The notes beneath the pieces were generated by a model. The model was not told where the DNA came from. It saw only the letters and a program-made list of their open reading frames with translations, and did no database searches. Below are positions 9,286 to 18,485 of a stretch of 64,000 nucleotides of DNA, in pieces; within the stretch, counting starts at the first letter, position 1, and each line of letters opens with the position of its first letter. Origin of the DNA: an uncultured Gemmatimonadales bacterium (lineage in GTDB: Bacteria > Gemmatimonadota > Gemmatimonadetes > Gemmatimonadales > GWC2-71-9); assembly GCA_963748035.1 (NCBI GenBank), contig CAVVHO010000003.1, positions 646,500 to 710,499 of the forward strand, written 5' to 3'. Position numbers and translations under genes: made by a program.

Positions 9286-9410
9286 GCCGCTACTCCTCTT
9301 GGGGAATTTCACTAGCTCGGCGAGGCCCGGTCCTGCGGACGCGGGGAGCCAAGATGCCAAGTATTACGAGGGGCTAAGGTGCTGCGCAAGGGGCGATTAA
9401 GTTACGCCTC

Positions 9411-11477
9411 ATGAACAGCGCGGTGTCCGCGTTCGTCGTTCTCCTCGTTCTCGCCCTTGGAAGTTCGACCAGATCCCTCGCTGCCCAGGCTTGTGACTCG
9501 CCTCGGCCGCTGGCGCTGGTTCTGTCCGGGGGCGGCGCGAAGGGTCTCGCTCACATCGGCGTACTGCGGGTGTTGGACAGCCTGGGTATTCGCCCAGATC
9601 TCATCGTCGGGACCAGCATGGGCTCCATCGTCGGGGCCATGTTCGCGAGCGGCTACAGCCCCAACCAGATCGAAGAGCAGGCGAGGAGCCTTGGACTGGC
9701 GCAGCTCTTCAGCGGCGAGGGGTTGCGTACACCCCGATCGCTTGGCGAGCGTCGCCCGTTGGTTGTGTGGCAACCCGGGGCGGGCGGATTTCGGACTGCA
9801 GACGCGAGCGCAAGGCAACAGGCCGTCGGGGCCGCCCTCAATCGGGTCCTGCTGAACGGCAATCTGACCGCGCGTGGCGACTTTGATTCCCTCCCCATTG
9901 CGTTCCGTGCCATCGCGACAGATCTGCGCAACCGGCAGCAGGTCGTGCTTCGCGGTGGCGACCTCGCACAGGCAGTTCGCGCCAGCATGGCGGTGCCCCT
10001 GGTGTTTGATCCCGAGCGGATTGATGGTCGCGAGCTCATCGACGGCGGCATCGCCGCGAACGTACCAGTCGAAGCGGCCCGGCGCGCGGGAGCTGCGCGG
10101 GTCATAGTCTCCGACGTGAGTTGGCGACCGCCGGACTCGGTGCGCGCCGACAATCCACTTGTGATCGCCGATCTGCTGGTTTCATATCTGTTCACGCAGC
10201 CGCTCGACTCGCTCTATGCGGATGATCGCCTGGTGCGCCCCGAGGTGGACTCCTTCGCTACCCTTGACTTCAACGCACAGAAGATCGGGACAATCATCCG
10301 GCGGGGACACGAGGCGGCCACGGCGGCTTTCGCGGGCTACCCTATCTGTGACGCTGGCGGGGTTCCGCGCGCGCGGCGCGCAGTCTATCGGATTCAGCGA
10401 ATCCGCATCGCCGAGGGCCCGGACTCCCACGATCGCCTGTTGCGCCGGCAGCTCGGCATCGAAGAGGGGGACTGGCTAGACGTTCCCGGGTTGCGAACAC
10501 GGCTCCAGACCTTGAGCGAGTCCGATGACTACCAAGAGGTCTGGATTCATCCTACCGGCCCATCGGACTCGCTCACGCTTTCCCTCGTTACGCATCTGGC
10601 CCCCGCGCGGCTGGTGGCGCTCGGGTTGAGTTACGACAACGACCTCGGCGGCCAGATGTGGTTTGGCGGAGTGGATCGGGGCACTCTAGTCCCCGGACTT
10701 GAGAGCTCCGCCCGACTTACCCTGGGTGAGCTACGCCAAGAACTCGGCTTGGGGTTCAATCCTGCCGCGATAGGGCAGCATCAGCGGCGATTCGTGCTGT
10801 CCGGCGCCATCGCGAGAGAGTCGATTCGCCGGTTCACCTCTGGCGGCGCTGCCGCCCCGGAGGTTCGCACTAGGGAGGTGACGGGGTTTCTGGGAATCGA
10901 AGGGCGATTCGGGCGCGAATGGCTAGTGGCTCTCGGTGGGTTCGGCCACGCCTGGGCTGCCCCAGGTTCCGACGGGACCAACGCCTTAGGCGGGCTGCTG
11001 CGGATTACGAGCGGACCGCGTTACCGCGGTACCGGCATTTGGGGCGAGGGAGTACTCACCAATACCTACCGCAGGGTAGAGGTGGAGGGTCGACATGCCA
11101 TTGGCATCGGGGCCGGGGTGAGACTTACGCCCAGCGTCCGATTCGGTTGGGGCAAGAACCTTCCTCTGGAGCGTACGTTCCAGTTGGGTGGTCTGGACGG
11201 CTTCCCGGGATTGAACATCGGGGAGATTCGCGGTGATCGGGAGCTGTTCGCCCAAGCGCTATTCACGCGACGTCTGGTGGGGCCTGTGGAACTTCGCGTC
11301 AGCGCGGCTAGTGGCCGCGCTGTGTTTGGGGGACCCACCCTGCCCTACGGCCATTGGCTGTCGGGCGGGCGTGTGGGGTTCGGGGCCGACACTCCGATCG
11401 GCCCAATTCGGGCCGAGTACGGAGTGTCTCGTGGGGGCAGGAACGGGGTGTTTCTCCGGCTCGGAGAGTGGTTCTAA
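9411..11477 (+). CDS. Patatin-like phospholipase fused to POTRA-like and Omp85-like barrel (PlpD/type Vd-like)
   Basis: Signal peptide; GGGAKG, GTSMG and DGG patatin motifs; C-terminal beta-strand-rich region ending in GEWF. Confidence 0.85.
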   Translation: MNSAVSAFVVLLVLALGSSTRSLAAQACDSPRPLALVLSGGGAKGLAHIGVLRVLDSLGIRPDLIVGTSMGSIVGAMFASGYSPNQIEEQARSLGLAQLFSGEGLRTPRSLGERRPLVVWQPGAGGFRTADASARQQAVGAALNRVLLNGNLTARGDFDSLPIAFRAIATDLRNRQQVVLRGGDLAQAVRASMAVPLVFDPERIDGRELIDGGIAANVPVEAARRAGAARVIVSDVSWRPPDSVRADNPLVIADLLVSYLFTQPLDSLYADDRLVRPEVDSFATLDFNAQKIGTIIRRGHEAATAAFAGYPICDAGGVPRARRAVYRIQRIRIAEGPDSHDRLLRRQLGIEEGDWLDVPGLRTRLQTLSESDDYQEVWIHPTGPSDSLTLSLVTHLAPARLVALGLSYDNDLGGQMWFGGVDRGTLVPGLESSARLTLGELRQELGLGFNPAAIGQHQRRFVLSGAIARESIRRFTSGGAAAPEVRTREVTGFLGIEGRFGREWLVALGGFGHAWAAPGSDGTNALGGLLRITSGPRYRGTGIWGEGVLTNTYRRVEVEGRHAIGIGAGVRLTPSVRFGWGKNLPLERTFQLGGLDGFPGLNIGEIRGDRELFAQALFTRRLVGPVELRVSAASGRAVFGGPTLPYGHWLSGGRVGFGADTPIGPIRAEYGVSRGGRNGVFLRLGEWF

Positions 11478-11499
11478 CCGGAGCCACCCTGGGCCATGC

Positions 11500-12075
11500 T
11501 CAGGATTGGCCCAGCAGATTCTTCTTGAAGCCGTCGCCGGGGCCGGGTTTGGGGCCGATCCAACACCCGAGCAGCGCGTCAGCGAATTCCTTTCCCGGGA
11601 TCGCGCCTTTCTCCGCTCCCGCCACCTCGACGGTGGTGCCGCGCTCGGGGATGTACGTGAAGACGAATGCCTGTCCGCTCTTGATGTCGTCCATCAGGTT
11701 GCACAGTTCGGTGAACTGTGCCTTGAGTTCGGTCGATGCGGCCGGAGTGTTCTTCTCAAGACCGTCCTCCCACGCCTCGCAGATCTTCTTCTTGTCAACG
11801 TCGCGCACAAAATGCATCACCATCCGGCGCGGTGCGTCGGCGGCCATGATCTCACCGGCGTTGGCAGACTTGGAGGCCACGTACAGCCCGGCGACGTAAA
11901 CCTTGAACACCACCTTCTTCCTCACGGCCATTCCGTTCAGGGACAAGGTGTAACCGTCCACATCGATGGTTTCGGGCATTGAAACACCACTGACGGTACG
12001 AGCAGTGTCTGCCGTTGTGAGAGGCAGGCGCGGAACCGTGGGGGTGCTGAGCAGGGCCGCGAGAAGGAGCAACAT
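11500..12075 (-). CDS. Chalcone isomerase-like exported protein
   Basis: Signal peptide; LNGMAVRKKVVFKVYVAGLY and FADALLGCWIGPKP typical of bacterial CHI-fold proteins. Confidence 0.8.
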   Translation of the reverse strand: MLLLLAALLSTPTVPRLPLTTADTARTVSGVSMPETIDVDGYTLSLNGMAVRKKVVFKVYVAGLYVASKSANAGEIMAADAPRRMVMHFVRDVDKKKICEAWEDGLEKNTPAASTELKAQFTELCNLMDDIKSGQAFVFTYIPERGTTVEVAGAEKGAIPGKEFADALLGCWIGPKPGPGDGFKKNLLGQS

Positions 12076-12159
12076 GTGAGACCCTCGCAGTACGGGTGGA
12101 TGTCTTATGTATCCGCGGCCCAAGTTGCCGCATCAGATGGCGGGGCGCAACCCGGCTCC

Positions 12160-12753
12160 TCAGGGGCCGATCAGCTCGATGTTCCCTGGAACGAGCCGCA
12201 TGCTGGCGCCCGAGGGCACTTGCACAAAGAGGTCCCGCCCCGTGGCCGTGAGCGCGGGGTACTGACGCCCGATGTCGGCGAGGATAGGAGCAAGAAAGGC
12301 TTCCGGCACGGGGATCCCTCCTATCGTGGCGCTTCGGAGATGGAAGCGCACCGCCTCACGGCCTGCGGCGGCCAGATCCACCTGAGCCTCGAGGCGTGTT
12401 TCGGGTGGTAACAGGACCACAAGCTGGGACAGGGCCTGGCGTGCCTCGCTCGGCAGATCGGCAAACCGGCCGCCTATGTGAATCAGCGTGGTGTCCACGA
12501 TAACCCTGTAGCCGAAGTCGGATGGTAGTTCCCGAATCCCCAGGCGCGCCATGAGGTAAGCGACGAAATCTCCGCCGTCCACGCTCGCCCGTGTCAGGTT
12601 GCGGTCGACGAACACCGAGTCTACCCGGGCGGAAGCGCGCAGGACTCCTGCCGGCGTGATGGGTCTCGCGCTTGTGTCGGGCAGTGTTTGTCCCACCGCG
12701 ACTGACGTGCGCAACAGCAGACTCAGCAAGAGGAAGTGTCTGAAGGGCATCAT
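12160..12753 (-). CDS. Exported hypothetical protein
   Basis: Signal-peptide-like MMPFRHFLLLSLLL; about 197 aa; no recognised motif. Confidence 0.65.
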   Translation of the reverse strand: MMPFRHFLLLSLLLRTSVAVGQTLPDTSARPITPAGVLRASARVDSVFVDRNLTRASVDGGDFVAYLMARLGIRELPSDFGYRVIVDTTLIHIGGRFADLPSEARQALSQLVVLLPPETRLEAQVDLAAAGREAVRFHLRSATIGGIPVPEAFLAPILADIGRQYPALTATGRDLFVQVPSGASMRLVPGNIELIGP

Positions 12754-12829
12754 GTCGCGAATCCCAAAGCGGCTCCATATTGCACGAGGTACCGACATCG
12801 CGGGCGCACCATTCAGGAGGGGAGGGAGC

Positions 12830-13033
12830 ATGGAGTGGTCGATCATCGGATTGAACTTTCTGTACGCCGTTCTGGGCGTTGTGTTGATGTACGTCGCCTA
12901 TCGCGTAGTGGACCGGCTGACCCCTGAGGTGAATTTCGCCGAAGAGCTGCGGAAGGGAAACATTGCTGTGGCGATCTTCATCTCGGCCATATTCCTGGCC
13001 ATCGCAATCATCATCGGCGGCGCGCTCAACTAA
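12830..13033 (+). CDS. DUF350-family small membrane protein
   Basis: 67 aa, two TM helices flanking DRLTPEVNFAEELRKGNIAVA; strong SD AGGAGGGGAGG. Confidence 0.8.
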   Translation: MEWSIIGLNFLYAVLGVVLMYVAYRVVDRLTPEVNFAEELRKGNIAVAIFISAIFLAIAIIIGGALN

Positions 13034-13665
13034 TGTGTGCGCGAGGCCGGCCCGCGGCGGTGGTGTTGCTCACGCTGCTCTCGTTGTTCATGGGAACGTC
13101 GTTGGAAGCGCAGCGATGGACCGAGCGCTACGACCCATCGTTCCGGAAGTACTCCAAGAGGTACTTCGGCGTGGGATTCGACTGGCGGCTGTTCAAGGCG
13201 CAGGGGATGACCGAGAGCAACCTCGATCCCAATGCCCACAGCTGGGTCGGGGCGCGGGGCGTCATGCAGCTGATGCCGTCGACCTTTGCCGAGATTCGGA
13301 CCAAGAACCCGGCTTGGACCTCAATCGACAACATGGAGTGGAACATCGCGGCGGGGATCTACTACGACCGCCGCCTGTGGCTGCAGTGGCGGGATTCGGT
13401 GGATACAGAGGACCATCGTTACTTCATGTTCGGAAGCTACAACGCCGGCCGAATCCCGATTCTCCGAGCGCAGGGTGTCGCTCGACAACGCACGCTCGAC
13501 CCGCGTTTCTGGGCCAGTGTCGAAATCGTCGCACCCGACGTCCGGGGATGGCGGCACAAGGAGACACTGATCTACGTGCGCCGCATCAATGCCAACCTCT
13601 CCCTCCTTGACGACCGAGGGAGACTCAGGCGCAACACCTCACTCCCCGGTTCAGCAGAACCCTGA
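13033..13665 (+). CDS. Lytic transglycosylase (SLT domain, MltF-like)
   Basis: TES catalytic Glu, GARGVMQLMP, YNAG motifs; signal peptide; TAATG coupling to DUF350 gene. Confidence 0.9.
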   Translation: MCARGRPAAVVLLTLLSLFMGTSLEAQRWTERYDPSFRKYSKRYFGVGFDWRLFKAQGMTESNLDPNAHSWVGARGVMQLMPSTFAEIRTKNPAWTSIDNMEWNIAAGIYYDRRLWLQWRDSVDTEDHRYFMFGSYNAGRIPILRAQGVARQRTLDPRFWASVEIVAPDVRGWRHKETLIYVRRINANLSLLDDRGRLRRNTSLPGSAEP

Positions 13666-13686
13666 GCGCCCAACGTCGATGAGCGA

Positions 13687-13709
13687 CGGCGGTTCGGTGG
13701 GAACCGCCG
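13687..13709 (+). terminator. Hairpin after the transglycosylase gene
   Basis: CGGCGGTTC / GAACCGCCG 9-bp perfect stem; no U-tract. Confidence 0.45.
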
Positions 13710-13745
13710 GAGTCGGGGCTGCCCAATCTGGCGAAACAACATCGC

Positions 13746-13781
13746 ACGATATATCGTACGATATGGCGCACGCTATATCCT
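13746..13781. promoter_or_regulatory. Tandem operator array upstream of the PadR gene
   Basis: Perfect palindrome ACGATATATCGT (13746-57), then ACGATATGGCGC and ACGCTATATCCT at 12-bp period. Confidence 0.65.
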
Positions 13782-13791
13782 GGAGACCAAG

Positions 13792-14397
13792 ATGCATAAG
13801 CGATTTGATGACTGGGGTTTGGGTGAGTTTCTCAACCAGATGTCATGGTGGTCCAAGTGGGGCTCTAGGCAGGGTTCTCAATGGCGAGGGCGGCCTGGGC
13901 GCCAGCAGATGTTCGAGGCCGGCGAGCTCAGACTGGTCATTCTCCGTCTGCTCAAGGAGCAGCCGCGACATGGGTACGATGTGATGAAAGCGCTCGAAGA
14001 GCGCATGGCCGGATGCTATACCCCATCGGCCGGTACCGTGTATCCGACACTGCAATTGCTGGAAGACCAGGGATTGGTACGATCCGTCGAAAGTGAAGGC
14101 AAAAAAGTCTACCACATCACTCCTGAGGGCGAAGCCCTGCTGGAATCGCGGCGGGATGATCTCGAGGAGATCATCAACCGTGTCCGTGAGACTGTCCGCG
14201 ACTTCGCGGGTGGCGCCATGGGGGAACTCAACCGCGCCTTTGGTCAGGTTGCCTCGCGCACCTTTCGTGAGGCCTTCCGACGCGGGCCCGGAGATCCGGC
14301 TGTTCGCCGGGTCGCGGAGTTACTGCGCCGCACCGCACAAGAGATCGAGCGAGAGTGGCAGTCGGACGCCGCGCCCGCCCAGGAACAGACCCCGTGA
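13792..14397 (+). CDS. PadR family transcriptional regulator
   Basis: LRLVILRLLKEQPRHGYDVM...PSAGTVYPTLQLLEDQG...KKVYHITPEG winged HTH. Confidence 0.93.
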   Translation: MHKRFDDWGLGEFLNQMSWWSKWGSRQGSQWRGRPGRQQMFEAGELRLVILRLLKEQPRHGYDVMKALEERMAGCYTPSAGTVYPTLQLLEDQGLVRSVESEGKKVYHITPEGEALLESRRDDLEEIINRVRETVRDFAGGAMGELNRAFGQVASRTFREAFRRGPGDPAVRRVAELLRRTAQEIEREWQSDAAPAQEQTP

Positions 14398-14703
14398 ATC
14401 CCGATGCAGAGTTCTGGCGGTCGCTCCTTTGGGCCTGGCTAGTCCTGGCCGTGGTCCGCTGGTGGGGTCGAGGTGGGGCTTGGAGGCGGACACGTGAACA
14501 GGTGAGCAACCTCGTACCGGCTCGACGGGTTCGAGCTCAATGAATCCGCTCAGGAAGCGCTGAGTCGACTCGATGCACGAGTGGCGGAATTGGAGAATCG
14601 GCTGGACTTCGGGGAGCGATTGCTGGCTCCCTCACTCCGAAGCGCCCGACCGGCGGACCCAAACCGACGGTCGGCGGGTCGGGCGCTCCGCGAGGTTCCC
14701 TAA
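14394..14703 (+). pseudogene. Small membrane/coiled-coil protein apparently split by a +1 frameshift
   Basis: TM part (VNPDAEFWRSLLWAW...) stops at 14543; the +1 frame is open 14506-14703 and encodes LDARVAELENRLDFGERLL, with no ATG and only a late GTG. Confidence 0.5.
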
Positions 14704-15275
14704 AGCATGAGTCCGCTTAACTGGGAGGCGTAGCTGGCCGAGCGTGGCTCGGGTTCACCATAGCGTCCCTCGTGGGCGTGCTGGCGGCTCCACTCTTCCC
14801 GCAGACAGAACGGATCGAGTCCGTGGGGTCGATCAACCGCGAGTACGCCGTCGAGGTGATCGATTTCGTGCTGCAACAACTCCGCACGATCCCCCTCCAC
14901 CTCAACGGTGTGCCATTCGGCCTTGAGGTCCTGATACCGCACTTTCACTCTGTGCGCGCGGGACACCCGAACGAGCAGGGCCGGGAACGAAAAACAGTCA
15001 TCCCACACTGTGAAGTCTTCGTTGCCAACATCCACAACTTCGGGATTGACGAGTGGCCAAGGCTTATCCATCTCGACGTAGACTACCCGCACCGGGGCCC
15101 CGATCTGGGGAGCGGCGATCGCCCGGCCGTGACCGAAACGGGATTGGAAATCACGAAGGGTCTCCCGCAGATCATCCACGATTACGCGGACCGCGGCCGA
15201 ACCGGGTTTCGCGATGGGCTCGCAGCGAGCGCGGAGTACGGGGTCTCCAAGCATGCGAATGCGGTGGATCGTCAT
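14700..15275 (-). CDS. def: Peptide deformylase homologue with divergent motifs
   Basis: GDPVLR, GRAIAAPQIG (motif 1 variant), DDCFS (in place of EGCLS), QHEIDHLDG. Confidence 0.8.
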   Translation of the reverse strand: MTIHRIRMLGDPVLRARCEPIAKPGSAAVRVIVDDLRETLRDFQSRFGHGRAIAAPQIGAPVRVVYVEMDKPWPLVNPEVVDVGNEDFTVWDDCFSFPALLVRVSRAHRVKVRYQDLKAEWHTVEVEGDRAELLQHEIDHLDGVLAVDRPHGLDPFCLREEWSRQHAHEGRYGEPEPRSASYASQLSGLML

Positions 15276-15501
15276 AGTCTCGTCCTGGGGAGCGGGCGAC
15301 CGACCCCAATCTTGTGCCAAATCACCCACTTCACAATAGAGATTCCCCTAAAGTGATGTGGCACCGATGAAATAGAGTAGTAGTATTTACAACTTTTATT
15401 GTCGCCCCCAAGGACGGTAGTTTGGCTTGCCATGGGAGACGATAGCGAAAACCATTAAGCCACAGTAGTTTACGCATTCACTCAAATTACTTGGTGTTTA
15501 G

Positions 15502-15538
15502 TTGACAAATCCCGACGGCGCTCTTAGGATTAGCGCCG
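15502..15538 (+). promoter_or_regulatory. Sigma70 promoter of the suf operon with inverted repeat over the -10
   Basis: TTGACA (15502-07), 17 nt, TAGGAT (15525-30); CGGCGCT (15517-23) / AGCGCCG (15532-38) flank the -10. Confidence 0.75.
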
Positions 15539-15540
15539 CT

Positions 15541-16269
15541 ATGGGAACCTCAATTTCCGAATACACCGCCGAGCAGGCCCTGCCGCTCGCGCACAAAGGC
15601 CCGCGGGGGCTGATTCTGGTCGCGTTGAAGCGCGCCGGATCCCTCACGGCGCGGGAACTCGGGGATCAGCTCGGCCTTTCCTCCAACGCCATCCGACACC
15701 ACCTGAAGGAGTTGGAGGCTGAAGGGGTCATCGGGTATCGCCGAGAGCAGCGAGGGGTTGGCGCACCAACCTTTGCCTGGCACCTGAGTGCCTCAGGGGA
15801 GTCGCTGTTTCCGCAGCGCTATCGAGAGTTGCTGACCGAAGTCCTGGAGCGCGTGGCCGAACAGGCCGGGCGTCAAGCGGTTGTTTCGGCTCTCCAGACG
15901 CGATTCACCGATCTGGCCATCAAGCTCCGCGGTGACCTCTCCGGAGCTTCGGCGGAGAAACGGATGGAGGTGGTGCTGCGGGCGCTGGTGGACGGTGGCT
16001 ACATGGCGGAGTGGCACGAGGAAGAGGACGGTCTGCGACTGATCGAGCACAACTGCGCGATCAGGGCCCTGGCGGAACGGTTCCCGGAAATCTGCGAAGC
16101 GGAGCGCCGGTTTCTCGAGGAAGTGCTGGGGGCTGCGGTCCAGCGGGATGCCCATATGCTGGACGGATGTTCGGCCTGTGAGTATCGGGTACGGTTTGTC
16201 GACGCCTTGGCGCCGTCGCTTACAAGATTGCGGGACGAAGCGGTTGCGTCTCGCGGGGAGCACACATGA
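15541..16269 (+). CDS. sufR: SufR-like HTH iron-sulfur regulator
   Basis: N-terminal HTH ([25 protein letters not shown]); C-terminal HNC, ICEAE and GCSAC Cys ligands; first gene of the suf operon. Confidence 0.8.
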   Translation: MGTSISEYTAEQALPLAHKGPRGLILVALKRAGSLTARELGDQLGLSSNAIRHHLKELEAEGVIGYRREQRGVGAPTFAWHLSASGESLFPQRYRELLTEVLERVAEQAGRQAVVSALQTRFTDLAIKLRGDLSGASAEKRMEVVLRALVDGGYMAEWHEEEDGLRLIEHNCAIRALAERFPEICEAERRFLEEVLGAAVQRDAHMLDGCSACEYRVRFVDALAPSLTRLRDEAVASRGEHT

Positions 16270-17714
16270 GCTCGTCTGAATCCTCGGTTGAATCCCTGGT
16301 GAACCGGGAATACCAATACGGCTTCGTCACGGACATTGAAACGGAGTCCATTCCTCGCGGGTTGAGCGAGGATGTCGTCCGTCTCATCAGCGCCAAGAAG
16401 CAGGAGCCGGCGTGGATGACCGAGTGGCGCCTGAAGGCTTATCGCCGCTGGCTCGAGATGAAGGAGCCACATCACTGGGCCAACGTCACCTATCCACCAA
16501 TCGACTATCAGGACGTCATCTACTACTCGGCGCCCAAGTCGAAGAAGCCGCTTGGCAGTCTGGACGAAGTGGACCCTGAGCTCCTCCGTACCTATGAGAA
16601 ACTGGGAATTCCGCTGAGCGAACAGAAGCTGTTCGCGGGCGTGGCCGTGGATGCGATTTTCGACAGTGTCTCGGTCGCCACGACCTTCAAGGCGACCCTT
16701 GCCAAATCGGGGGTGATCTTCTGCCCGATGAGCGAGGCGGTGCGGGAGCATCCCGAGCTTGTCCGGAAGTACCTCGGCTCAGTCGTGCCGTACAATGACA
16801 ATTTCTTCGCGGCGCTCAACTCCGCGGTCTTCAGTGATGGTTCATTCGTCTATGTCCCCAAGGGCGTACGCTGCCCGATGGAGCTCAGCACCTACTTCCG
16901 CATCAACACCGCCGACGTCGGCCAGTTCGAGCGGACATTGATTGTGGCGGACGAGGGTGCCTATGTGAGCTACCTCGAGGGATGCACTGCGCCCAAGCGC
17001 GACACGAACCAGCTGCACGCGGCGGTCGTGGAGCTGATCGCCCTTGAGGGAGCCACAATCAAGTACTCCACCGTACAGAACTGGTACGCCGGAGACGCGG
17101 AGGGGAAGGGTGGCATCTACAACTTCGTCACCAAGCGGGGCAAGTGCGCCGGGAACGACAGCAAGATTTCATGGACCCAGGTCGAAACCGGATCGGCGAT
17201 CACCTGGAAGTATCCCAGTGTCATCCTGCAGGGTGATCGCTCGGTAGGCGAGTTCTACTCGGTTGCCGTGGTGAATGGCCGCCAGCAGGCCGACACCGGG
17301 ACCAAGATGATCCACCTAGGTCGTGACACCCGCAGCACGATCGTTTCGAAGGGGATTTCTGCGGGCCGCGGTAACAACAGCTATCGGGGACAGGTCAAAG
17401 TTCTCGGGAAGGCTTCCGGCGCGCGCAACTATACGCAGTGCGATTCGATGCTCATCGGCAGCACCTGCGGCGCGCACACCTTCCCCTACATCGATGTACA
17501 GAATCCTACTGCGGCAGTGGAGCATGAGGCTTCGACGTCCAAAATCGGCGAGGACCAGATCTTCTACTTGAAGCAGCGCGGGCTCAATACCGAAAACGCG
17601 ATCAGCATGATTGTGAACGGTTTCTGCAAGGAAGTCTTCAAGGAGCTCCCCATGGAATTCGCCGTGGAGGCGCAGAAGCTGCTCGGTGTGAGCCTTGAAG
17701 GCAGTGTAGGATAA
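16266..17714 (+). CDS. sufB: Fe-S cluster assembly protein SufB
   Basis: YKYGF-like YQYGF start, [44 protein letters not shown]. Confidence 0.98.
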   Translation: MSSSESSVESLVNREYQYGFVTDIETESIPRGLSEDVVRLISAKKQEPAWMTEWRLKAYRRWLEMKEPHHWANVTYPPIDYQDVIYYSAPKSKKPLGSLDEVDPELLRTYEKLGIPLSEQKLFAGVAVDAIFDSVSVATTFKATLAKSGVIFCPMSEAVREHPELVRKYLGSVVPYNDNFFAALNSAVFSDGSFVYVPKGVRCPMELSTYFRINTADVGQFERTLIVADEGAYVSYLEGCTAPKRDTNQLHAAVVELIALEGATIKYSTVQNWYAGDAEGKGGIYNFVTKRGKCAGNDSKISWTQVETGSAITWKYPSVILQGDRSVGEFYSVAVVNGRQQADTGTKMIHLGRDTRSTIVSKGISAGRGNNSYRGQVKVLGKASGARNYTQCDSMLIGSTCGAHTFPYIDVQNPTAAVEHEASTSKIGEDQIFYLKQRGLNTENAISMIVNGFCKEVFKELPMEFAVEAQKLLGVSLEGSVG

Positions 17715-17729
17715 CAGGAGACATCACCA

Positions 17730-18485
17730 GTGCTTGAGATCAGAAACCTGTATGCTCGTGCCGGTGACCGGCCGATCCTCAACGGCATCTCCCTTTCGGT
17801 CAAGGCGGGTGAGGTGCACGCCATCATGGGCCCGAACGGGTCCGGGAAGAGCACCCTGGCGCAGGTGCTCGCCGGTCACCCCGCCTACGAGGTGACGGAG
17901 GGCCAGATTACCTACCTGGGGCAGGATCTGCTCGAGATGGAGCCGGAAGTCCGCGCCCAGGCTGGGTTGTTCCTCGCCTTTCAGTATCCCGTCGAAATCC
18001 CCGGGGTTTCGAACGCATACTTCCTGCGTGCGGCGCTCAACGAGATCCGCAAGGCCAGGGGGCAGGAGGAAATCGATCCGGTGGACTTCATGGATCTCGT
18101 GGAGGAGAAGCTCAAACTGGTCGAGTGGGACTCGGCGATCATGTCCCGCGCCGTTAACGCCGGGTTTTCGGGCGGAGAGAAGAAGCGCAACGAGATTCTG
18201 CAGATGGCCGTGCTGGAGCCCAGGCTCGCCGTACTGGACGAAACTGATTCAGGGCTCGATATCGATGCGCTCAGGATTGTCGCAGCCGGCGTGAACAAGC
18301 TGCGGCGTCCCGACAACGCGACGATCGTGGTCACCCACTATCAGCGGTTGCTGAACTATGTCGTTCCCGATCATGTGCATGTCCTGGCCGGTGGCCGAAT
18401 CGTGCGATCGGGTGGCAAGGACCTCGCGTTGGAACTCGAGGCCAAGGGGTACGAGTGGCTGACCGAGGCGGCGGTGTCGGCGTGA
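17730..18485 (+). CDS. sufC: Fe-S cluster assembly ATPase SufC
   Basis: GPNGSGKST, FLAFQYPVEIPGV, FSGGEKKRNEILQ, LDETDSGLDIDAL. Confidence 0.98.
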   Translation: MLEIRNLYARAGDRPILNGISLSVKAGEVHAIMGPNGSGKSTLAQVLAGHPAYEVTEGQITYLGQDLLEMEPEVRAQAGLFLAFQYPVEIPGVSNAYFLRAALNEIRKARGQEEIDPVDFMDLVEEKLKLVEWDSAIMSRAVNAGFSGGEKKRNEILQMAVLEPRLAVLDETDSGLDIDALRIVAAGVNKLRRPDNATIVVTHYQRLLNYVVPDHVHVLAGGRIVRSGGKDLALELEAKGYEWLTEAAVSA

